From positions 2,254 through 66,253 of the forward strand of contig MUCP01000010.1 in the NCBI GenBank assembly GCA_002816875.1: a stretch of 64,000 bases of DNA. The letters are read 5' to 3'. The position numbers and the translations under genes were made by a program. Below, in pieces: positions 9,491-16,834 of the stretch. Position 1 is the stretch's first letter. Each line of letters opens with the position of its first letter. The stretch is from SAR202 cluster bacterium Io17-Chloro-G2. Lineage in GTDB: Bacteria; Chloroflexota; Dehalococcoidia; Lucifugimonadales; UBA3495. The notes under the pieces were generated by a model that ran no database searches, was not told the origin of the DNA, and saw only the letters and a list, made by a program, of their open reading frames with translations.

Positions 9491-9536
9491 CCCGGCGAGA
9501 GCCAGGCTTAAAATCCTGTATGACCGGCTGTTGTGT

Positions 9537-9680
9537 CCTTCGACAAGCTCAGGACGAGCGGTTTTGGGGTTTCGGGTTGGATTCAGGCATGCCCACCAAT
9601 GTCGGTAACTGCCACGCTGCTAATCGGAGCAACCCACCAGCGCCACCACCGCTCATGGTGAGCTTGTCGAACCACATTTT
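9537..9680. repeat. MITE-like intergenic element with inverted-repeat arms (ccttcgacaagctcaggacgagcgg ... ccgctcatggtgagcttgtcgaaccacatttt); a second copy lies at 36790..36873
   Basis: The arms are reverse-complementary with a few mismatches. The shared termini ccttcgacaagctcaggacga and cgaaccacatttt occur in both copies. Confidence 0.6.
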
Positions 9681-9712
9681 GAAATGAGTTCTAGCTAGAC
9701 GCCGTTGATCCG

Positions 9713-10840
9713 CTAATCCTTCAGGGCTGGAATGACCTCCCGGCCCATCAGTTCCAGCGAACGCATGGTGTCGTGGTGTGATAGGGGCCCGCCTTGGGCC
9801 TCCAGTAGCAGCGCGCCCACTCCCAGGGTGTCCTTGATGTGCCGCAGTTGGCGGGTCACTGAATCCGGGTTTCCCACCACCAGGTGGTATCGGCTCTGTA
9901 ATTCTTCGTAGGAAAGCTCGTTCAGCGGGGTGGGGCGCCTTTGGGCCACCGCCGCGGCGCCGGCCCGGGACGTGTAGCCCGGTGGAGACCAATATTCCCT
10001 GGGCCCCCGCAGGGGATGGTTCATGCGCCACAGGAACGCTTTCCCCGCCTCTTGCGCCTTTTCTTCCGTGTCGTTGACGTGGCAACAGACCATGAAGGCA
10101 AAATTATCCGGGGCCGCTTCCCAGCCGTCGGCCGCCGCGTATTCCCGGTAGCGTGCGAACAGCCCTTGGGCCACGTCCAGCGGGGTCAGAAAAGCGGCGT
10201 AGGTGTACCGGTTCTTGGCGGCCCATTCCACCGTTTCCGGGCTGCCGGTCCCAGGTACCCACACCGGGGGATGGGGTTTCTGGATGGGAAGCATCCAGGG
10301 GTTGACGGCCCGGTATTGGTAATGCTTGCCCTCCCAGCGGAAGGGTCCAGGCGTGGTCCAGGCCTTGATTATCAGGTCATGGCACTCTTCGAACCGCTCC
10401 CGGTTATAGACGGGGTTGGTGTTGTTGGCCCAGCTTTCGATGCCGATGCCCCTGACGAACCCGGAGACTATCCGGCCTCCGGATATCACGTCCAGCATGG
10501 CTATCTCTTCGGCCAAGCGCGGCGGATTGTCCGATGTGGGCAGCATATTGCCCAGCATGAGTATCTTGGCTTTAGACGTGGTGCGGGCCAGAATGCCGCC
10601 GGTGATATTTACTTCCACGTCCATGCAAGATGGAGTGTTGTGGTGTTCGTTGATCATCAACCCGTCGAAACCCACATCCTCGGCGTGCTGGTATTCGTCC
10701 AGGTAGCGCTTGAACAGGTCGTGGGCTTTGTTGGGGTCGAAATAGGTGTTGGGGAAGGTGAGCCGCATGGACGGGAACTTCTCCGCCTCGGACTCGGGAA
10801 ACTCGGCGTAGGGGAACTCGGTGAAATAATAGACATCCAT
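9713..10840 (-). CDS. LLM-class (luciferase-like) flavin-dependent monooxygenase/oxidoreductase
   Basis: 375 aa with EDVGFDGLMINEHHNTP and typical TIM-barrel LLM motifs. Confidence 0.8.
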   Translation of the reverse strand: MDVYYFTEFPYAEFPESEAEKFPSMRLTFPNTYFDPNKAHDLFKRYLDEYQHAEDVGFDGLMINEHHNTPSCMDVEVNITGGILARTTSKAKILMLGNMLPTSDNPPRLAEEIAMLDVISGGRIVSGFVRGIGIESWANNTNPVYNRERFEECHDLIIKAWTTPGPFRWEGKHYQYRAVNPWMLPIQKPHPPVWVPGTGSPETVEWAAKNRYTYAAFLTPLDVAQGLFARYREYAAADGWEAAPDNFAFMVCCHVNDTEEKAQEAGKAFLWRMNHPLRGPREYWSPPGYTSRAGAAAVAQRRPTPLNELSYEELQSRYHLVVGNPDSVTRQLRHIKDTLGVGALLLEAQGGPLSHHDTMRSLELMGREVIPALKD

Positions 10841-10921
10841 GGGTGCGCCTCCGGCTTGGCCGTCTGTATTCGGCCGTTTGCGCTCAGGGGCGCCGGCCGG
10901 CTGAATGCGGGCAGCGAACTG

Positions 10922-11704
10922 CTAAAGAAAATCTAGCGCGATCTTGACGAACTCCTCGGTCTTTTCCACCTGGGGCACGTGTCCGCAATTGTCTATGACC
11001 ACCAGGTCGGAACCGGGGATGGCTTTGTTGAACATCTGGCCGCACTCCAGGGGGATCAGCCTATCGTTGCCGCCCCAAACGATGCGGGTGGGTATGGAGA
11101 CCCTGGCCAGCAAGCCCAACAGCCGGGGGTCGTACATGTAGGGTTTCCAGCAGATGCGCACCGACATCTCCCGGTTGCGTTCGGCGATGTCGGTTTGCTC
11201 GGGAGTGGGCTCTCCCCCGTAGATCGACTCGTATTCTGGCGCCTGCTTAGGGTCGTGGAACAGCAATTCGGTGACCTGGGCCGGACTGATTATGAAAATG
11301 TCGGCGATCTCGCCCTCCTTGGGCTGGATGCCCGCGGCGTCCACCAGCATGAGCTTACTGAAGGCGTGGCGGCAGTTGGCGGCGATCTCCGAGGCCAGCC
11401 ATCCGCCCATGGAAAAGCCGATGGCCCTTGCCCCTTCCAACCCCTGCTCCTCCAGGAACCAGGTGTAAAAAGAGGCCAAGTCGGCCATGGTTTCCAGCCA
11501 TTCCGGCCGGTCGGACTTGCCGTAGCCGGGGTGGCTGGGCAGGTAGACAGTATATTTTTCGGACAAAGCTCGGACGTAATTCAACCAGCCCGAATTACCG
11601 CCGGCCCCGTGAAGCAGGACCAAAGGCTCGCCGGAGCCGCCCTTCAGCACCTGGATCTTGGCGCCGCCCACGTCAACAATTTCCTCGGTGAATGCCGTGG
11701 CCAT
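10922..11704 (-). CDS. Alpha/beta-fold hydrolase (meta-cleavage-product/C-C hydrolase-like)
   Basis: LVLLHGAGG oxyanion region, GFSMGGW nucleophile elbow, C-terminal CGHVPQ(V)E histidine motif. AAGGAG RBS. Confidence 0.8.
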   Translation of the reverse strand: MATAFTEEIVDVGGAKIQVLKGGSGEPLVLLHGAGGNSGWLNYVRALSEKYTVYLPSHPGYGKSDRPEWLETMADLASFYTWFLEEQGLEGARAIGFSMGGWLASEIAANCRHAFSKLMLVDAAGIQPKEGEIADIFIISPAQVTELLFHDPKQAPEYESIYGGEPTPEQTDIAERNREMSVRICWKPYMYDPRLLGLLARVSIPTRIVWGGNDRLIPLECGQMFNKAIPGSDLVVIDNCGHVPQVEKTEEFVKIALDFL

Positions 11705-11727
11705 TTTTCTACGCTCCTTGTTTTAGC
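11660..11727. repeat. Copy A of a 68-bp direct repeat (first ~15 codons plus 5' leader of the hydrolase gene); copy B is at 15832..15899
   Basis: Aligned by eye, about 60 of 68 positions are identical, including ttcctcggtgaatgccgtggccat and tttctacgctc.ttgttttagc. Confidence 0.8.
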
Positions 11728-12773
11728 CCCGATTCTATGGGGGCGATGAGCGGCCAGCTCGTGGATTTCGATACAGGCTCATGGCCATCTAGGGATGCAT
11801 ATATAGTGCGCCCGCAATTCCATGACGAAGATGGACGGCATGAGCACCGTCCATCCTAGCGGGGGCAGGGTTGGGGGTCAAGGAGCTGGCGCGCCGATCG
11901 GGCGAGTGCGGCTACCTAAGCTGCCTAGGGAAAGGTTACCAGTCGCCAGCGAAGTCGTCATTCGAGGCCAGGGAGATATCCACGTGATTTGTCCCATCGG
12001 AGTTCATCATTCCTACTTCATTGGCGGCGGGAGAGATATACCTGGTCATTGCGATTCTAGACCCATCCGGAGACCACGCCGACGATCGCGAGTAGATGGG
12101 ATTGGCTTGGGACAACTCGGCTTGGTTGTTTCCATCGGCGTCCATGATCCACAATTTTGACGCGAACGTATACAAAACCTTTGAGCCATCGGGCGACCAC
12201 CTTGGCCCTCTGTCGTCGCCATCTTTGTCTGTCAGCCTTGTCAGGTTGGAACCATCGGGTTCCACGGTATATAAGTCACTATTTCCCGGGTCGTCCGGCG
12301 GTATCTTCTCAAAGATTATCTTAGAGCCGTCGGGGTGCCAGTCGGGGGCTTTGTGGTACCCGACACCATCGGTTATCTGGACGGGGTTTGAGCCATCTAT
12401 ATTCACAACCACCAGCCCGGTACCTTCGTAAACGATCCTTTGACCGTCGGGAGAAAAACTGACGTTACTTTTACAAAAGCTCAAAGCTATCGCGTCCTTC
12501 GCCCCATCTGTAGCTATCTGATAGTAGTTCGAACCATCAGCATCAATGAAGGCTACGCCATCACACGAGATTATGAAGGCGATCTTTGATTTGTCCGGCG
12601 ACCACCTTGGGCCCGAGGCATCTTGGGAGGTCACATAATTTTGCTGATTGGAACCATCGGGCTCCATTGTGAATAGTTGGCTCTTGCCCCACCGGGTGGA
12701 GCTGAAAATGATCTCTAATGAACGAGGAGGTCCGGGGGTGGGTGTGGGACCTGCAGGTGTAGCCGTCGGCGCC

Positions 12774-12845
12774 GGGGTCGCGGTCGGTGCGGGGGTCGCG
12801 GTCGGTGCGGGGGTTGCGGTCGGTGCGGGGGTCGCCGTGGGCCCG
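12774..12845. repeat. 18-bp tandem repeat, about 4 copies (ggggtcgcggtcggtgcg), encoding (PTATPA)n on the minus strand
   Basis: Units read directly at 12774, 12792, 12810 and 12828 (the last is degenerate). Confidence 0.8.
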
Positions 12846-13094
12846 AGGGTTGCGGCCGGAATGGGGGTGGCCGTTGGTTGGGCAACCACTGTTGGCGCCG
12901 GAGTAGCTGTGCGAACAGACCTAAATGCGATAGTGGCAAACGGCTCAAGCGTTGGAACCGGCCGAGGAGTGAACGTAGGTATCGGCGTAGGCTCAGGAGT
13001 GAACGTAGGTAGCGAGGTAGGCTGAGGGGTGGCCACGACGATAGGAGTGGGAACGAGATGGGGAACGTCGGGGCCCTGCCCTGGTACCGGTGTT

Positions 13095-13139
13095 CCACCA
13101 GACCCACCAGACCCACCAGACCCACCAGACCCACCAGAC
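13095..13139. repeat. 9-bp tandem repeat x5 (ccaccagac), encoding (GGS)n on the minus strand, with degenerate copies continuing to about 13200
   Basis: Five perfect units read directly. Confidence 0.85.
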
Positions 13140-13914
13140 CCACCGGAACCTCCGGAATCGCCAGACCCGCCGGAACCTCCAGAGCCACCGGAGCCTCCTG
13201 CGCCACCGGACGTCCCATCACCTGCGGCGCCACCCCCCGGTTGGGGTGTTCCGGGGACGGGGGTTGCGACTATCAATGATTCTAGATCCAAAGACCGGAA
13301 AAAAATCGACCACAATCTTTTCCAACCGCGCCTCCACGGTGGCGTCGATGTTGGGAGTAGGCATGGGAGTATTTTCCGGCGTAGGCGCGGCGGTAGGAGC
13401 AGAGGTAGGCACGATTGCGGGGGTGACCGATCCTTGGGCCGGTGTTGTTTAGTCAGGTTCGGTAGTTGCGGGCGGCGTTGGGGCAGGGGAGGGAGCGATT
13501 AAAGATTCGATCTCGATGGGCGTCGCCGAGGGAGACTCGGTGGGCTCTATGTTGGCCACGGTGGCTTCGGGCACCGGGCCGCAGGCCGCCGCGTTCAAGG
13601 ACGCTAACATGATGGCTGCGGCGGCTAACCCATAACGGATCACAAGGCGATCAAACATCAAGCAGCTGTGTGCACCACTAAACTTTGAGCATATCCGACG
13701 TTACCAAACGTATCAGAGGGAGAACAGTTGAGTCAATTTGATCTCGACGGTGGAAGAGCGGGTCTTATGGTGCCCGATTTAGCTTAAGGGCTGATGGCTC
13801 GGGGCCGGTTAAATGGCGGCGCCTAACGCAGCTGGATGGCGGGAAGGCCTGGTGGACAGGGGAAGGTGTTGTTCGAGGGCTGGGAATGGGGGCCAAGATC
13901 GGCGTCGGATCTGC

Positions 13915-15669
13915 TCATTCCATGATGGCGCCGGTGAGGTTGGCGCCGGCGAGGTTGGCCCCGCTAAGGTCTGCGTCGGATAGGTCGGCGTCTTCCAGAT
14001 TGGCGCCGGTGAGATTTGCTCCCGTGAGATTAGCGAAGTTAAGATCGGCTCCAACCAGGCTGACGCCGGTGAGATTTGCTTCCGTAAGATTAGCGAAACT
14101 AAGATTGGCCCTATCAAGGTTGGCGCCCGTGAGGTTGGCCCCGGCGGGGTTGGCGTCGGTAAGGTCAGCAGTTGTAAGTTGCGCGTCGGTGAGGTTGGCG
14201 TTGGATAGATCTGATCTGTAGAGGTAAGCCCCAACGAGTTGGGAATCGGTCAACGAAGCTCCAGATAGGTCGGTTTCAAAAAAATGTCCCCTATTGAGTT
14301 GTGCGTTGCATAGGTTCTGTCCTCTAAGATCACGCCCGTCCAGTGAGATCCCATACCGTACACGATGCTCCACCTCCTCCTTCGTCAAAGTCACGGGTGT
14401 GGGGGCGGAACCCGATAGTGACGACGGAGTGGATAGCCGAGAGCTCCTGGCCTCGAAGATCGCTGCTATCTCGGTATCATTCAGGGCTCGGTTGAAAACT
14501 AGGATATCGTCGATCAGGCCGGAAACGGTCCCAACGCGGGCATTGCCATGGGCGGAAAGCATCCCGATCTCCAACTCCTGTCCGATCAGTTCGCCGTCCA
14601 GATAAGCGCTTAGGGTCCCTGATGGCTGGTCTAAAATCAGGATGATGTGGTAGAAGACACCTGGGACGATAGGCCCCCTGATAGACTTGGGTCCCCACGG
14701 TTGAATCCTGCCGCCGAGCGCTAAAACATTGTTCCACCCCCGGATCTTGACGGACCCACTCTCAACATAGATCCCCAGGCCCCGGCGGACATTACCTTCC
14801 TCCCACAAGGTTTGCTTCGTCTCGACTTCCTCACCTTTGTACCACAAGGCTATGGTCCGCTCTGGGTATGGCCCTCTGGTGTTTATTTCTTCGCTTGGGG
14901 GCATAAATACGTAGTCGGACGGGGTATTGAATCTGAATGCCTGATCTATCATCCCCGGTTCAAAGGTGACGTTTCCGTACAATGAGCCATGGCTGGGTCC
15001 CAACGCGTCCTCCGCGTTACCCTCACCGGGCCACCAGCCGACCAACCCATAGGCGCAATCGGTGTAGATGAAGTCGATGAGAGTTGGACCGGGGATGGGA
15101 GTAGCATCCGGCAACGGAGTTATTGTTGGTACCGGCAAGGGAGTGGGGACGAGAACGGCCGCCGGGGCGCCGGTGGCAGAATCGTTAGTGTCCGGTTGGA
15201 GGGTTCCCGGGGTGGGGTTTGCGGGCGCCGATGTTTCGGAGGTCAGCGACCGGACTAAATCGGCCGCCACCTCTTGTAGCAACGCCTCCAAGGTGGCCCG
15301 AAAGCCGGAGGTGGGGCCTCCGGCTTCCTGGTCTAGGGAGCGGATGAAATCGGCCGTGACCTCTTGCAGGCGGGCCTCCACCGTGGCCTCGATGTTGGGA
15401 GGGGGTGGCGTTGGGATGACAGGTGTCGGGGGGACGAATTCTTGAATCGTGGATTGTGGGGTGGGCTCTTTGGTTGGTGGTCGTGTCGGCTCGGGTGGGG
15501 GAGGGGTGATCAAAGAGGCAATGTCAATGGGCGCCGCAGTGGGAGATTCCGTGGGCTCTAGATGTACTGCCGTGGGTTCGGGCAGCGGGGCGCATGCCAC
15601 CGCAGCCAGGGAGGCCAACATGATTGCCGCGGCGAATGACCGCCACCGAATCGCAAACCGATGGAACAT
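13915..15669 (-). CDS. Secreted/lipoprotein-like protein with a LamG (concanavalin A-like lectin) domain and C-terminal pentapeptide repeats
   Basis: Signal peptide ...AAAIMLASLAAVAC, P/T-rich linker, LamG-like core (...LSAYLDGELIG...IDDILVFNRALNDTEI), then about 25 A(D/N)LxG pentapeptide units (ANLTGANLDRANLSFANLTEANLTG...). Confidence 0.7.
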   Translation of the reverse strand: MFHRFAIRWRSFAAAIMLASLAAVACAPLPEPTAVHLEPTESPTAAPIDIASLITPPPPEPTRPPTKEPTPQSTIQEFVPPTPVIPTPPPPNIEATVEARLQEVTADFIRSLDQEAGGPTSGFRATLEALLQEVAADLVRSLTSETSAPANPTPGTLQPDTNDSATGAPAAVLVPTPLPVPTITPLPDATPIPGPTLIDFIYTDCAYGLVGWWPGEGNAEDALGPSHGSLYGNVTFEPGMIDQAFRFNTPSDYVFMPPSEEINTRGPYPERTIALWYKGEEVETKQTLWEEGNVRRGLGIYVESGSVKIRGWNNVLALGGRIQPWGPKSIRGPIVPGVFYHIILILDQPSGTLSAYLDGELIGQELEIGMLSAHGNARVGTVSGLIDDILVFNRALNDTEIAAIFEARSSRLSTPSSLSGSAPTPVTLTKEEVEHRVRYGISLDGRDLRGQNLCNAQLNRGHFFETDLSGASLTDSQLVGAYLYRSDLSNANLTDAQLTTADLTDANPAGANLTGANLDRANLSFANLTEANLTGVSLVGADLNFANLTGANLTGANLEDADLSDADLSGANLAGANLTGAIME

Positions 15670-15831
15670 GCAAAAAATATGTTCACGACTAAACTTTGAG
15701 CCTTAGCAGCTTCAAAGAGTATATCAATGGCCGAAAAGCATGCTCAACGTAACCTCAATGGTGGAAAAGCGGGTGTTGACGTGGAATTCGGGCCGGCCTT
15801 AAATCGCATAAATCCTGCTTAGAGTGGGGTT

Positions 15832-15899
15832 GGCGCCGCCCAAGCCAATCATTTCCTCGGTGAATGCCGTGGCCATATTTCTACGCTCTTTGTTTTAGC
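15832..15899. repeat. Copy B of the 68-bp direct repeat: a decayed duplicate of the hydrolase gene start (ATGGCCACGGCATTCACCGAGGAAAT...) and leader
   Basis: See copy A. The RBS is degraded (AAAGAG versus AAGGAG) and the reading frame stops after about 25 codons. Confidence 0.8.
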
Positions 15900-15925
15900 T
15901 ACTAGTGGGGTTTGGCTTACTGGGT

Positions 15926-16357
15926 TTAGCCTTCGCCTATCCAACGAACCCTGGGGAACCTTGGGGAAGCTGCCCGGTGAAACCGTTCGTCTGCGGTCCA
16001 CAAATCGCAGTCCATGATCTCCGCCAGGGCCAGATAGTGGGAGTCATAGACTGCGCTCTGGTCCAGAATCTCGGCAAGCTGCAAAGCCCTGGAATGGAGG
16101 TCCGGCGGTTCCCACATGGTAATATCTCTGTTCACCAGGGTTTCGACCAAAGCGGCTGCAGATTCCACGGTAATTCTTCTTTCCCGAGCCTTTCGGAGCA
16201 AGGCATTGGAAACTTCCACCGGCATTAGATATGGCGCAATGATCCGTGTTCCTTGCCGCACCCATGCGCGGGTAAGGATTTCAGCTTGGTCGGAATAAAC
16301 CTCGCGTACCAGCCACTTTACGGCCACACTGGCGTCAACTACGACTTCGCCGTTCAA
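15926..16357 (-). CDS. vapC: PIN-domain toxin VapC
   Basis: 143 aa. N-terminal VVVDASVAVKW (Asp 1), ...YDSHYLALAE..., ...LWTADERF. Overlaps the upstream antitoxin gene by 23 nt. Confidence 0.8.
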   Translation of the reverse strand: MNGEVVVDASVAVKWLVREVYSDQAEILTRAWVRQGTRIIAPYLMPVEVSNALLRKARERRITVESAAALVETLVNRDITMWEPPDLHSRALQLAEILDQSAVYDSHYLALAEIMDCDLWTADERFHRAASPRFPRVRWIGEG

Positions 16358-16643
16358 GTTCTTTGGTCCTCAGTTCCCTTTCTTCCCGGATTATATCGGT
16401 GGAATCCCCGGGAAGCATCTCTCCACCGAATATTTCTTCCCTCAGGGCTAGTAGTTCATCTAGACCCTTCTCGGTAAAGCGAGGTGTCTGGAACACAGCG
16501 TCATGGTCTTGCGCCAGTTCCTTCTCGATGGCCGACACGCAAAATTGGCGCATACTAATGCCCTTCAAAGCAGCGGCTACCTTCAGGCGCCTCTGCACGT
16601 CGGGGTCCAGGTCCAGAGTAAAACGCTTCTTCTTTTCAGGCAA
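16335..16643 (-). CDS. vapB: Ribbon-helix-helix antitoxin (VapB-like)
   Basis: N-terminal beta strand plus two helices (KRFTLDLDPDVQRRLKVAAALKGISMRQFCVSAIEKEL). Position and overlap with vapC support the call. Confidence 0.65.
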   Translation of the reverse strand: MPEKKKRFTLDLDPDVQRRLKVAAALKGISMRQFCVSAIEKELAQDHDAVFQTPRFTEKGLDELLALREEIFGGEMLPGDSTDIIREERELRTKELERRSRS

Positions 16644-16834
16644 GAAGCACCTCCTGTATAGCTGTCAACAGATAGTAGCGTAGTGTATTTGCTGCAATAC
16701 GTCAAAACCCCGGCCATTGGGTATCCGCCGGACAGCCCAAAGTTGCCGTTCGCCAACTAAAAGGATGGACGGCTGAGAGCACCGGCCATCCTAACGGCGC
16801 GGCTGCGTGGGGTCAAGCGGCTATATCTGGGTGC

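Larger units (their letters stand above)
11936..13661 (-). pseudogene. Disrupted surface lipoprotein-like gene: signal peptide, P/T/A-rich and (GGS)n linkers, C-terminal PD40/TolB-like beta-propeller
   Basis: Three ORF pieces (13449..13661, 13218..13412, 11936..13315) together are colinear with the N-terminus of the paralogue 13915..15669. They are interrupted by an in-frame TAA (13449..13451) and a frameshift at an A7 run (13299..13305). Removing one A restores ...IVVDFFRSLDLES... matching ...ADFIRSLDQEA... PD40 repeats (SPDGxxIxF...) fill the C-terminal half. Confidence 0.6.

Noticed and set aside
9549-10085. 178-aa Pro/Gly/Arg-rich ORF on the minus strand
   Set aside because: It runs through the MITE-like repeat and then reads the 3' end of the LLM gene in an alternative frame on the same strand. 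Low-complexity composition marks it as a spurious ORF.
9941-10936. 331-aa ORF on the plus strand
   Set aside because: It lies entirely antisense to the well-supported LLM oxidoreductase gene (9713..10840). Its composition is Arg/Gly/Pro-rich, typical of shadow ORFs in GC-rich DNA, and it has no recognisable motifs.
12648-13502. Several plus-strand ORFs made of (GVAV)n, (PDP)n and (THQ)n repeats; similar ORFs lie at 17589..18029
   Set aside because: These are alternative-frame or antisense readings of the PT/GGS linker repeats of the minus-strand surface-protein genes. The DNA repeats are contiguous with no unique spacers, so they are not CRISPR arrays either.
13809-14234. ORFs of 141 aa (minus) and 111 aa (plus) with repetitive PTS/LAP content
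   Set aside because: These are off-frame and antisense readings of the pentapeptide-repeat region of 13915..15669. The in-frame A(D/N)LxG repeat reading is the coherent one.
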